Source of the DNA: Felis catus
Lineage: Eukaryota
Length of the DNA: 64,000 bases
Direction of reading: 5' to 3'
Assembly (NCBI RefSeq): GCF_018350175.1
Contig: NC_058368.1
Location: forward strand, 126,792,001-126,856,000
In this document: in pieces, positions 48,721-61,209 of the stretch
Layout of the letters: every line of letters starts with the position of its first letter
Numbering within the stretch: the stretch's first letter is position 1
Program-made: the position numbers and the translations under genes
The notes under the pieces: generated by a model
Databases searched by the model: none
The model's input: only the letters and a program-made list of their open reading frames with translations
What the model was told of the DNA's origin: nothing

Positions 48721-51700
48721 AATTTCTGGGAAACTGTGGGGTGCAAAATGCCTGGGCTCAGAATGATAGCTCATTTTCAAGATGCCTCTATGTACTCTGG
48801 CCAACATGGTGTCCTAATTTTTTGGGCTTTTGTGCTCAGCTATGCAAGATACTTGAGGTTTTGTTACTCACTGAGTTTTTTTATATAGTTTCTTAACTGC
48901 ATTTCTCTTTCCCAAAGGGGCATCTGGAAATGTGTATTGGCAGAGGATTTAATGTGGGCGATGGGTGGGGGGCAGGCAGGCAGACATGCTACTCCTTCCT
49001 CATTGCAAAGGAGAGCTCTGTACAATGAATTTCCTGAACCCCCTGCCTCTTCCCCTCCCCGCCAGATGCCAACAGGACTCCTATGGAGACATACTGAAAC
49101 ATAGCCTGCTGCCTGCAGGAGCCTGCATGGCTGAGTGTGAAATATGCAGGTCACTGGAGTGAGATGAAACACAGTAAGGGCTCTGTGTTCAGATTCTGTC
49201 TGCCGGCTCTGACAGCAGAGAAGTACTTTCAATGGTCCTAGAGGGGAAAACAAAAACTATAGTAGAAAAGACTGTTGTTGAAAGGTGACTTTATATGCTA
49301 ACTGAATGTCACTTAGGAACATTTGTCCTTCTGGCTACACTAAATGTGGGCCACTGTGACAAAACCTGGCAGAATAGCACTGAAAATGACACCAGTCACA
49401 CACCCTCAGGTCACTGACTACAACCTTCTTCAGAAAGCCAATGTTCAAATCCCCCAGAATAAAGTGAGTGTCCTTGTATGCTGACAAGAATTGGGGTACC
49501 AAAATAGCCTGTTTTGGTCCCTGGGATATCTCAACTAATCTTATCAAAGCATTTTTAAATGCCAGAAGCTTCTATCACCTGGTTTCCATTGGCTTCTCAA
49601 CTTGCTATTCCCCACACTGATTTTAGGGAACATCTGTTCTATAAACCACAAGAATTTTTAAACCTCAGCATCTAGACCTGGTTGAACTGGCCTGATTAGG
49701 AGGTCTGCAATTACTTCCCAGATGGGAATTCTGGCTTTTTATGCCAGAGATTCTTCAGCTGGGGAGCTGTTAAGCTAGGGTTGTCCTGGGAGCATGGAGC
49801 CTCAGCTACTAGCACCCCTCCCACCTCCAGACACACTGCCAACTCTCCTCCTCTGTGCTGTCACTTGCCCACCACATGGTTATGGGGGGAAACCTGGCTC
49901 CCTGCCCCAAGCTCATCCCTTGAGGACTATTTCAAGTACTCCTATCTAGTATCAGAAGACAGGGAGGAGGATTACAAAGACATCTTCTAGTGTTATCCAA
50001 TAGCTTTCCTGAATGATGGAGGAAAAAAGAAGTCCTGAGGTACCAAAATAGAATCCATCAGCATCATTCAACTTCACAGCAAAAGAGCCTCTCTTTCCCT
50101 CTTCATTATTAATGAAGTCAAAAAACAGTCTGAAGTTTCGATCCAGGAAGCACCAAGGGTAAATGTGGTAAACTGTCTCTGTCTATCGGGCTCAGGGTTG
50201 ACACCTTCCAGGGCAGGCAGCTCAGTGTGTGAGCATCTGGCCTGCGATCCAGGTGTGGGCTTGCTGTGGGTGCAGACAGAGGCATAGGGCCAGGCCTGAC
50301 ATAGAAGGATGGAGCACACTGGCACATTTTCCTAGGCAGAATTCCCAGTCAAGAACCAGAGACAGATGTGCATGGACATGGACTTTATGGAATGTAATTG
50401 TTAGCGTCTTCCTGCTCTCAAGCAGATGAACACTTTCATTTTCCTGGAACACTGAATTAACTTGTTTTTATCTTTATCCTGTGAACTCATGTCATTTCAG
50501 TGACAATTACAGCCATTGGTATTAATCGGTTCTTTGAACCATTAAGATCTTTCTGCATGAGGGCTGAGGATAAAGGAAGGGCCTGGTGGGCATTCAAGTT
50601 CATTTCAGCTGAAGCTGTATCTTGTTTTCAGCTTTCCATTCTTTTTCTGAGTCAGACATCAGAAAAAAAAATTTCTTTAACTGCTTTAATTTAAAAAGTC
50701 TAATATTAAATGAATGGTGTGTGAAATCCTAAGCCCATAAAAGGAAATCTGGTGATGGCTGTTCAACTGGCTCACGATACAGTAGTTTGAGCTACAGTTG
50801 GAGCTTGACATGTATAGGAGACATAAACACATATTTTCTATGACCAGATAGTTGTTCTAGACATGTCATTTCTATTCAGAGATGATTCACCCAAACTCGC
50901 CTCAGAAGATCTTGACTTCCCAGGATAAGGATACATTGGTGGAACCTCCCACATTTTGCTGTTTGTAACCGCTGACCAGCAGTTACTGGGATAACTTATT
51001 GACCTTGGAGTGCAGTCTAGCTGTGGAAGATGCTTTCTCTGAGCAAGACTAAAAGTCCAAAGGAGATTTTTATTTACTAGTTTGACATAATTAGCACCAG
51101 TGGTTTAATCAATTCAGAGACATAACTTGTTCCCTATATGACCATCTCACTCTTATAGAGCTGACTGTGCAGACCACACTTCAACTTCTCCTCTTTGATA
51201 CTATCCAGAATTGACTGGCTAGATTATTTTGTGCCAAGGCAGTATAATTTAGGCGATTATAATCTAAGTGATATTGTCTGTGTTCCCATAAATCTCTCTA
51301 GAAAAATAATATTTTACATATGCTATAAAAGGACCATCTGGGCAGTTTTAAATGGTTATACAATATGATACAAAAAAAGTGCATTTGGAGTAAAAGTTTT
51401 TTTGTTTTCAAACACACTCTATTTGCTCCGCATCTTCATAGTTACTGGTCTTCCTAGTGAGGGTCTGCTGGTCACACACCTGGCGAGGATTAAATCTGCA
51501 CTAATGAGACTTAAGGGTGGTGGCCCAGCCACACTACTCTGAGCAAAGTGTGGGTAGGTTCAGTACACTGCATGGACCACCTGGAAGCCAGGCGGTAGAG
51601 CAAGCTTTGGTTGTGTTCCTGGAAGACTGGTGACCTATCCGTGGTTCCAGCAAAAGGAAGAGATCTGTAGCTATTGCTGCTTCTGTAGTCCAGGAACTAC

Positions 51701-52496
51701 ACATTTGGTCTTTCTCTATCTTACCCGTCCATTTGGAAAGAGAAGGTCTTTTAGCTACTCACTGGCCAGTTCACCACAATATCAACATCTTCTTTCATGA
51801 AAGTTTTTTTTAAGATAAAAGAAGAGACTAGAGGTTCTGGGTGCTAGTACCCGTCAATAATTTAGGATAACATTCTCCTTGGGTATCTCATCACTGAGAC
51901 AGAAGCAACAAGCTTTATCAGCTATAATGAATTAAGACTAAAGGACAAGTGCACAAAATAAAAATAACTACACAAATAGGAAGAAACACCAAACTGCATT
52001 CTTTGTCCTAGTATATAATCCTTTTCTCCCTAACCAGATGGCCTAGCTTCGCAACCCTGCTAGTCAAGTGTGAACTCAGAATGTTTCCAAGGAAGTCTCA
52101 GATTCTCGGGTATGAACTGTCAGTTTTGTCTTAAAAATTCATAGTGCAGATTTGAGTTCTGGGCCTGGTAACACTGTGTGCTCATGTCCACACCCTCTCA
52201 GCACTCAGCAACACCCCCATGGCTCCCCAAACTCCAGCACACTGGATCCTCTCAAAGCAGTACATTAGAACCATAGATGCTGTGTCTCTTAAACAATTTG
52301 AGGGTTTACAAACTCATGGCAGAATGTATAGAGATGTACAGTCTTGAACTCTGAGGCAAAGTTGGCTTCTAAGGAAGTATGGAAGAATGAGTTCGCTGTA
52401 GGGGATTTACCTCCTTTGGTCTTTAACAAGAAGCTAAAAGCAAAACTTTTCAGGGATTTATTTGTATTGCCTGCAGATGAAATTAACTACAATTAA

Positions 52497-52709
52497 TTTT
52501 TTAAAGTTTATTTACCTATTTTGAGAGAGAGAGAGAGAGAGCGTGGGAGCATGCAGGATAGGGGCAGAGAGAGAGGGAGAGAGACTTCTAAATAGGCTCT
52601 GCACTGACACAGTGCCCCATGCAGGGCTTGAACTCACAAACTGTGAGATGATGACCTGAGCCAAAACAAAAACTCAGATGTTTAACTGACTAAATCACCT
52701 AGGCACCCC
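52497..52709 (-). mobile_element. CanSINE
   Basis: TSD aa(c/a)tacaattaa at 52485-52496 and 52710-52721. Confidence 0.93.
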
Positions 52710-54522
52710 AAATACAATTAAAATAGGACATACTGGGGAGATGATGATCCATGGTTATAGCCTGCCTAGTAGTGTCATGTCTACAGCTACAGTTATGACC
52801 AATTTGGAACTCTAGAGACATAAATCCCAGACTGAACCCGAGTGCTTTCAGTCAGCCCTGAGCCCAAGTCATGAGAGAGCAGGGGGTTAAGGCCCTCAAT
52901 CAGAAACTTCCAAAATTGGCAGAACAATCAATCACTGGGCACTACAATTATCCTGAGAGGGATGGATAATCTCTTTCCCAAACTTGTTCCAGCTCCTCAC
53001 CCCAGTCAACCCCATATCTCCCCCTCCTCTAACCTAGGATAGTGCCTGGAATTCCAGTATTAGAGACTCGTTTTTAAGTACATTGAGTAAACAAAGATTT
53101 TCAGTCTTCTTTGGGAGGGTAATATGGACCCAAATTATGACTGGTTAAATATTTCCCCTACCAGCCTTCTGTGGGAAGAACTTCATTCACACTGCTCTCC
53201 CGCCATTGTTTTGACAAAAAAAAAAAAAAAAAAAAGGGTTCAGAAGCATATTTATGAAAGGCAAAGTCAAGAAGACAACTTTTCATATGATAGGGTAGAA
53301 CTGAAAACACTGGATTAGAAAGCTGGAGAAGGAGGAGAGGAGAAAAGAGAGCATGGAACAATCAGCTGGGTGGAAAATCCTCAAGGTCAGTTTTTACTTA
53401 TTTTGTTTTATTGTTGTTTTCTGCTACCCGTTTTTGCCATATTACTTAAGATTTCAAGAAAGACAGTATTTTCCCAAGGATGTCTTGTTGGACTTTTGTT
53501 TTGAGATAAATGTTAAGGACAGAGCCAAAAGGCCCAGATTTACTTTAGGTCCATCTACATCTTAGCACAAAGGGCAAAAGCCAGCCAAATAAGAGCAAGG
53601 TTTTGGTGAGATGGGCTGAGGTATGAAAAGGGACTGAGGGCTGAGGTATGAAGGGAGGGTGTGGGGCAAGCCTCCCCTGACACACTGCCTCTCCTCAGTT
53701 CTACCCTACCCCACAGAGCTCCTTGGTTTTGGTCGATGTGCTCTTGCTGCATCGAAAGAGTACCCAGGCAGCTGCCACTAGGGAGTGGAACAGTGGCAGC
53801 TGGGAGGCTGGGCAGAAGTCCAAGGGCTCCTGGCTGCCAGCACTCAGGCCTGCCCACCCTCTCCACCTACTTGCTCCTCATTAAGGAGTCAAGGACAAAC
53901 CTGAGCCCTCCTCAGTCCCTCCACTTTCTCCCAAACCCACCAGTGTTCCAAGGATGACCTTATGGTACAAACCCCAGGCAGAAGCACAGTGCTTGCTTCT
54001 CCCTTAAAGCCAGCCTCGAGCCAAATGCTCTTGTGGACTAACCCTGTGAGGGACAGGCAGAGGAAACTCAGTTAGAGGAAGTTGGCACTTAATGGCGAAT
54101 CTGGCTGCCTACAAAGAGATTTATAACTGGGAATTCAGTGCCTCTGTGGTGCTTTTAGAAACAGTTCCTGGCTTGACTAAGAGAAACTTGTGGAAAATGC
54201 CTGTCACTCATGTTCCTGGCAGATCTGCAAGTGTTTTTATGGCACAGATGTAGCTCTGATTGCTCACTCTACAAACACAGACAGAAACTTTGTCAGAACA
54301 CTGGCTATGGCATGTGCCAGGTGGCAGACTAACATGGTGGATGGAGCTCAAAGAGCAAAGGGTCATTTGAGCACCAGAGAGGTGAGGACATGTGTTCTCT
54401 CCAACACACTGACGCCACCTCAACACTGTACCCTCCACCTTAAGGATAAAGTACTTCCTTCTGCCCTCCACCCCAGAGTATCTAAGGGCACCTGGGAGAC
54501 ATTAAGTTCCATTTATCCCAAG

Positions 54523-54986
54523 TAATATGGGTTGAATCAAAAAAGGTATACTGAAGTCCTAACCCCAATACCTCAGAATGTGACCTTATATTTGGAAATA
54601 CATCTTTGCAGGTGTACTTAGTTAAGATGCAGTTTTATTTGAGTAGGATGGGCTCTGAATCTAATGCGACTTGTGTGCTTATAAGAGAAGACAAGGCCAT
54701 GTGAAGACAGAGAGACAAACAGGAAGAGGATGGCTCCAGGTTGGGTAGAGCCAGAATGTGGAGTGATGTATCTCCAAGCCACTGAATGCTAAGGATTGCT
54801 GAGAACTGCCAGGAGCTATGAAGAGGCAAGGAATGACTCTCTTCTAAAGCCTCAGAGAGGGTATGTATCTGCTGACACCATGCTTTCAGACTTCTAGACT
54901 TTAGGAACTCTGAGAAAATAAATTCATGTTATTGGAAGTCACCCAGTTTTGGGACTTTGTTACAGCAGCCCTAGAAAATGAGTACA
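54523..54986 (+). mobile_element. MaLR solo LTR (MLT1C-like)
   Basis: gaagtcctaaccccaatacctcagaatgtgacctta; tttgttacagcagccctagaaaatgagtaca. Confidence 0.88.
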
Positions 54987-54991
54987 CCATT

Positions 54992-55063
<72 letters not shown>

Positions 55064-55077
55064 AAAAGAAAAGAAAA
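54992..55077. repeat. (GAAA)n microsatellite
   Basis: Seen directly. Confidence 0.97.
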
Positions 55078-55270
55078 TGACATCAAACAACATTGGCTTG
55101 ATAACTGTCATCCTGAGCTGGCCAGCATGCAGAGGTAAGCTAACAGAGATCCCAAGCACACTTCCCCCCAACAGCACCAGGTAAAGAGCATATTCTACAG
55201 CAAAATATTTCTGTTGTTTTCTAACTGAAAATGCTTCTCTTTCATGGTCCTTGGGTAGATTCATAATCCA

Positions 55271-55486
55271 TTTTTTAAATGTTCATTTATTTATTTTTGA
55301 GAGAGAGAGAGAAAGAGAGTGCAACCGGGGGAGGGGCCGAAGAGAGGGAGACAGAGAATCACAAGCAGGTTTCAAGCTGTTAGTGTAGAAACTGACACAG
55401 AGGCTTGAACTCACGAACCTTGAGATCACAACTTGAGCTGAAATCAAGAGTTGGACACTTAACCAAATGAGCCACCCAGGTACCCC
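55271..55486 (-). mobile_element. CanSINE
   Basis: Antisense body ending gagccacccaggtacccc. Confidence 0.93.
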
Positions 55487-56439
55487 TGTCATCCCTTTTC
55501 CGTATCAAACAGATCAAAGCATTAATTGTTGTCACCTCGTCCAAAAATAAATATGCTAATTCCTGGAGACTTTGCCCTGTGATTTAGACTTTGCAGATAA
55601 GACAATCCTGGGGAAGAAAAGCTCAAGTATGTCTATTTCATCTCAATAAAGAAAGTCTTAATCATTCCAGAAGAAAACAACCTAGTCACCTGCTTAGGTC
55701 TAAGGGTCTGGGATGTTAGCCATACCTTCTTTGGGCTTCAGTCACTCACCTCTGATTAGAGTTTGGGGCTGAATGAACATAACCTTCAGTTTTAGCCGTG
55801 GCAGTGAGTGACCTAGCAGACCTTGAGCTGTCTATAAAGAATGTCGATTTGACATCATTTTGGGGATTAAATGGAAGGGAAATTCGGCTGGAGAGGGTGG
55901 AGACTATGTAATCTAGGCACGATAAAGCCACTACTGGAGCCAATAGAGGATGGCGAAGATTAAGGTTAAGGGTACAGAGTAGCTTTCAGAGAAAGAAGCA
56001 ACTTGAATGTAAGCAAAACAAAAAATTTTTCTAAAGTCTGTCACAAAATTCTGCATGTAGTAACAGAATATTAAGGGAATTTCCCTCATTTCACTGAGGG
56101 AAGAAAGGGTTCATTAAACTGATTTTAAAACATCTAGATTTCCAGAAATCATTCAGGCATCTAATAATATCAAATGTTATATAAAATAGGACAATTGAGA
56201 ATTAAAGAACAAAAAATAGATTATATAAAAGAGAAAGGAGTAGATGTTACAGGTACCTGGTACCTGTATAAAATGAAATGTTGTAATTGAATGCTAAGGC
56301 AAAAAGAAATAATCTACTATAGTTTTCCTTACATATAATGTACAAACTTATCTACAAACTTTTTCCTGTAAGTGAGCTAGAAATCTTTACACCATTATTC
56401 TATATTCTTTTTATGAAGAAATGATCATTTTAGGTGTAT

Positions 56440-56441
<2 letters not shown>

Positions 56442-56485
<44 letters not shown>
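56442..56485. repeat. (TG)n microsatellite
   Basis: Seen directly. Confidence 0.97.
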
Positions 56486-56488
<3 letters not shown>

Positions 56489-56509
56489 TTCTTCAAAACT
56501 TACCAGGCT

Positions 56510-58471
56510 CATCTACACATTCAATGCACTCCCAATCAAAGTTGCACCAGCATTCTTCTCAAAGCTAGAACAATTCTAAAATTTATATGGAACCACAAAA
56601 GACGCTGAATAGCAAAAGTAATGTTGAAAAAGAACACCAAAGTGAGAGGCATCGCAATCACAGGCATTAGCCACTATTGCAAAGCTGTAATCATCAGGAC
56701 AGTATGGTATTGGCACAAAAACAGACACATAGACCAATGGAATAGAGAACCCAGAATTGGACCCACAAATTTATAACAAAGCAGGAAATCTTTGGACCCA
56801 CAAATCTTTGACAAAAATTGTGGGAAATTTGACAAATCTTTGACAAAGCAGGAAAAAGTATCCATTGGAAAAAAGACAATCTCTTTAGCAAATGGCGCTG
56901 GGAGAACTGGACAGTGACATGCAGAAGAATGAACCTGGACCACTTTCTTGGTCCTTTCTTCCTTTCATTTGTGTACATCATACGCAAAAATAAACTCAAA
57001 ATGGATAAAAGACCTAAATGTGAGACAAGAAACCATCAAAAGCCTAGAGGAGAAAATAGGCAACAATCTCTTTGACCTCAGCTGCAGCAACTTCTTATTC
57101 CACACGTCTCTGAAGGCAAAGGACAGAAAAGCAAAAATGAACTATTGGGACCTCATCAAGATAAAAACTCCTGCGCTGCAAAGGAACCAATAAGCAAAAC
57201 TAAAAGGTCCAACAAAATGGGAGAAGATATTTGCAAATGATATATCAGGCAAAAGGCTAGTATTCAAAATCTGTAAAAAACTTACCAAACTCAACACACA
57301 AAAAACAAATAATCCAGTGAAGAAATGGGCAGAAGAATAGACATTTTTCTGAAGAAGACATCCAGATGGCCAACAGACACATGAAAAGATGCTCAACATC
57401 ACTCATCATCAGGGAAATACAAATCAAAACCACATTAAAATACCACCTCACACCGGTCAGAGTGGCTAAAATGAGCAACTCAGGAAACAACAGATGTTGG
57501 CGAGGATGTGGAGAAACAGGAATCCTCTTGCACTGTTGGTGGGAATGCAAGCTGGTGCAGCCACTCTGGAAAACATTGTGAAGGTTCTTCAAAAAATTAA
57601 AAATAGAACTGCTCTACTACCCAGCAATGGCAGTACTAGGAATTTATTCAAAAGATACAGGAGGGGGCGCCTGGGTGGCGCAGTCGGTTAAGCGTCCGAC
57701 TTCAGCCAGGTCACGATCTCACTGTCCGAGAGTTCGAGCCCCGTGTCAGGCTCTGGGCTGATGGCTCAGAGCCTGGAGCCTGTTTCCGATTCTGTGTCTC
57801 CCTCTCTCTCTGCCCCTCCCCCGTTCATGCTCTGTCTCTCTCTGTCCCAAAAATAAATAAACGTTGAAAAAAAATTAAAAAAAAATAAAAATAAAAATAA
57901 AAAAAAAAGATACAGGAGTGCTGATACATAGGGGCACTTGTACCCCAATGTTTATAGCAGTGCTTTCAACAATAGCAAATGATAGGAAGAGCCCAAATGT
58001 CCATCAACTGATGAATGGATAAAGAAGATGTGGTTTATATACATAATGGAATACTGCTTGGCAATGAGAAAGAATGAAATCCTGCCATTTGCAGTAACAT
58101 GGATGGAACTGGAAGGTATTATGCTTAGTGAAATTAAGTCAGTCACAGAAAGATAGATATGTTTTCACTCTTATGTGGAGCTTGAGACACTTAACAGAAA
58201 ACCATCGGGGAAGGGAAGGGGAAAAATAGTTTCAAACAGAGAGGGAGGCAAACTCTTAAGAGACCATTAAATACAGAGAACAAACTGAGGATTGACGGGG
58301 GGTGTGGGAGAGAGGGGAAAATAGGTGATGGGCATTGAGGAGGGCTCTTGTTGGAATGAGCACTGGATGTTGTATGTAAGCAATAAGTCACAGGAATCTA
58401 CCCTGGAAACCAAGAGCACACTGTATACAATGTATGTTAGCTAACTTGATAATAAATTATATTTTTAAAAA
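56510..58471 (+). mobile_element. 5'-truncated feliform/felid L1 (ORF2 C-terminus plus 3' UTR)
   Basis: ORF 57366-57581 encodes [25 protein letters not shown] (L1 ORF2 cysteine-rich knuckle); stops and frameshifts; 3' end aataaattatatttttaaaaa. Confidence 0.96.
57664..57904 (+). mobile_element. Young felid SINE (SINEC_Fc-type) inside the L1
   Basis: ggggcgcctgggtggcgcagtcggttaagcgtccgacttcagccaggtcacgatctc with CpGs kept; long A tail; perfect TSD aaaagatacaggag at 57650-57663 and 57905-57918. Confidence 0.97.
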
Positions 58472-58698
58472 GGCATATTCTTTGGTGACATGAAGTATTT
58501 CAAGTATCATTCTTCAACTCTAAAACAGTAAGAATTTTTGCAGGTTAAGTCAAGAATCTAAACAAATGTTAAAATTATATCACTCTTTGTTTCAAAGTCA
58601 TACAAGAGTTTATCATTTAATCAAACATCTCATATAATCTACTAATTATTCTACATTATCCTTGATGAATAAAAATTCATTCAAGAGAAAAAAAAAAA
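58472..58698 (+). other. L1 3'-transduced segment with second poly(A) signal and tail
   Basis: Non-L1 216 bp; AATAAA 58668-58673; A11 58688-58698; TSD partner at 58696-58710. Confidence 0.85.
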
Positions 58699-59669
58699 CC
58701 TTACCAGGCTGAAATGAGGTTCAGTTTAAAGTTTGCAAATGGATTCTCTGATGTCTACGATTAACATCTATCCTTAAGAAATAAGTTTGTGATAAGGAGC
58801 CAGATTAAAAATATGCATGATTTTACAGTAAATATAGTCTCCCTTACTACTGTCAAGTCTTAGAGCCACAGACAGAGCTATGGGAGATAAATGAAAGACA
58901 ATCAGATCTGACACAGCAAGAAATGAAGATGATACCTTTAATCCTCCAGCGGTGTAATTATCTCCTGAAAATCCCAGCTAGCAGAGAAGTCTCCTTGCTA
59001 TTATTAGATTTCTTTCAGTTTGGGATGTAAGTATATGCCGAACATCATTCACTGAAAACTACTGGTTTCTCTCTCAGTGTGTGTAAAATCTGAGTTCAGT
59101 GGTGATTAATTTGGTCCTTGAGCTAGGTGAAGCTTCATTTCAACTCTCCCTGAGTGCAAAGCTTAATTCTGAATGAATTGGCATGTTGCCCCTTATTCTA
59201 CTGTTGTGTGTGTTCCCAGAAAACAGCAGGCCTGTTCTCTTGGACAGCTAAGATTCTTCCAAGTTCAAGATTTTGTTCCAATGACTGTTTTTTCCGTCAG
59301 CAGTTTCAAAGGTTCTTAGTGGCATTTCTTTTGTAATGCCATAACCAAAGAATTGAGTGTTGCCCAATTACCTGATCAAAAGAAAGCCCTCTCATCACGT
59401 CACTTGACTTCATGTGTCCTCCGGCTTGCTCTTTGTGGCTGATGGTGTCATGTTTCCAGAATCAACCGTTTCAACAATGGACAAAATGACTTGTAGGCTC
59501 AAAAGGATTAACAAAATCAAAGATGCACATTTTATATGTAAACGAAATATGTAGAACACACACTTAGTAGCAAAGAAATATGATGAACAGAAAGGTTAAC
59601 CAAATGTGTAACTAAAAATTAATATGGGAAAAGACATTTTCCAATATTTAGTGGATGGTGTTAGTACTT

Positions 59670-59880
59670 GTTGGACATCTCTGTGAGCCAGGCATTGCGG
59701 ACACTATATGGATGTTAACTATATCCTAAGTAACCCTGCTAGGTAACTACTGTTGGGCTCCTTTTACCAGTGAGAAAGGGAGGCTTTAAAATGTTAAGTG
59801 GCTGTCCAAGACCGTTCATCTACAAGTATTAAAGCAAGAATCTAACCTTGCACCTGTATTATTTCTAAGGTATTCTCATT
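59670..59880 (-). mobile_element. MIR
   Basis: ctgtgagccaggcattg...aaccctgctaggtaactac...gttaagtggctgtccaag. Confidence 0.7.
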
Positions 59881-60559
59881 CTCTTCCTATTTTACCAGGG
59901 ATACTGACAGCAGTCACCTAAATAGAAAATAACTGACTTTTTAATACACGTTTATAAGCTAACGATATTCACTACAGCCACTTTTGAGTTAACCATAGCA
60001 TAATCACTGAAGCCTTTCTTCTCTTGGCAAAAGTCAAAGGAGACTTGTTCAACTGTCAGGCCAAGTCAATGTTTTCCAACCCAACAGTCTTCAGTCGGGG
60101 GAGCCTGCTTCTTCCTTTTCTTTCCTTCCTCCTCAGAGCATGGCAGCATCAGACTTCATGTCTGCTACCCATCTCTCTGCTTTTCCAGGGGTTGACAAAT
60201 GAGAATGGCCAGCTCACCAACCCACAGAAGACTCAGCCTTGGAACAGCCTGCCCTTGGATCTTCCACGTAACTGACTCTCTGTACTTGAGCAAGTGGAGT
60301 TTCTCAGTGACCAGCAGGGAAATTAACAGACAAGCTGACCTATGACATTAGAGGCCAATTCTGCTTCTTTTTGGTGGTTTCATGAGACTATTAGAAAAAG
60401 TGCCCTCTAGTCCTGGAATACCTGCAACTCACCTGCATAAGTGATCACTCCCCCAACACTGCTCCCCTGAGAACTTTTATATTACTGTAACCTCTGCCAT
60501 CCTTCTTTCTTATTCTTCCTTTCGTCCTTGCCTTTCCTTTCCATTCCTTGTCTATTCTA

Positions 60560-60777
60560 TTTAAAATGTTTGTTTGTTTATTTATTTATTTAGAGAGAGA
60601 ATGAGTGTGGGGAGTAGGGAGGGAGCAGAGAGAGAGAGGAAGAGACAAAATCCCAAGTAGGCTCCGTGCTGTGAGTGTGAAGCCTGATGCGGGGCTCGAT
60701 TCTGTGAACTGTGAGATCATGACCTGAGCTGAAACCAAGAGTCAGAGGCTCAACTGACTGAGACACCCAGGTACCCC
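60560..60777 (-). mobile_element. CanSINE
   Basis: Antisense body ending ctgagacacccaggtacccc. Confidence 0.93.
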
Positions 60778-60788
60778 TTCCTTTGTTC

Positions 60789-60815
60789 ATGTGTGTGTGT
60801 GTGTGTGTTTGTGTA

Positions 60816-60862
<47 letters not shown>

Positions 60863-61017
60863 ATATATATGTATATATATATACATATATGTATATGTAT
60901 ATATATGTATATATATACATATATGTATATATGTATATATATATGTATATATATATATACACATACACAAACACACACACATATATATATGTTTGTGTAT
61001 ATATATATATATATATA
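60789..61017. repeat. Compound (TG)n/(TA)n/(CA)n alternating purine-pyrimidine tract
   Basis: Seen directly; contains a 22-bp inverted repeat. Confidence 0.97.
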
Positions 61018-61209
61018 AATGAACTTCAGGTGCAGAGGATTGCCTTAATCATAGGTCTCAGTTCATGTTACACTATTATCATGAACCCACACAAGGACTC
61101 TTTCCTGTTTCGTATAAATGTCCTTCCTCCTCTTTCATCCTGATCTCCATTCCTTCCTCCTCAGGCCTCCCTGCTAATGTGTCTGATCTGTGTTACTTGC
61201 GTATATACG

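Noticed and set aside
53216..53235. A20 tract as a possible retro-insertion
   Set aside because: No flanking duplication or upstream poly(A) signal is visible.
56948..57691. L1 ORF2 C-terminal ORFs as genes
   Set aside because: The element is 5'-truncated and interrupted, with no promoter, ORF1 or RT core.
60400..60413. Minus-strand CTCF-like GGACTAGAGGGCAC
   Set aside because: Mismatches at the conserved CC start of the core.
60590..61143. Tyr/Ile/Cys/Val-repeat ORFs on both strands
   Set aside because: Translation artefacts of the TG/TA microsatellite.
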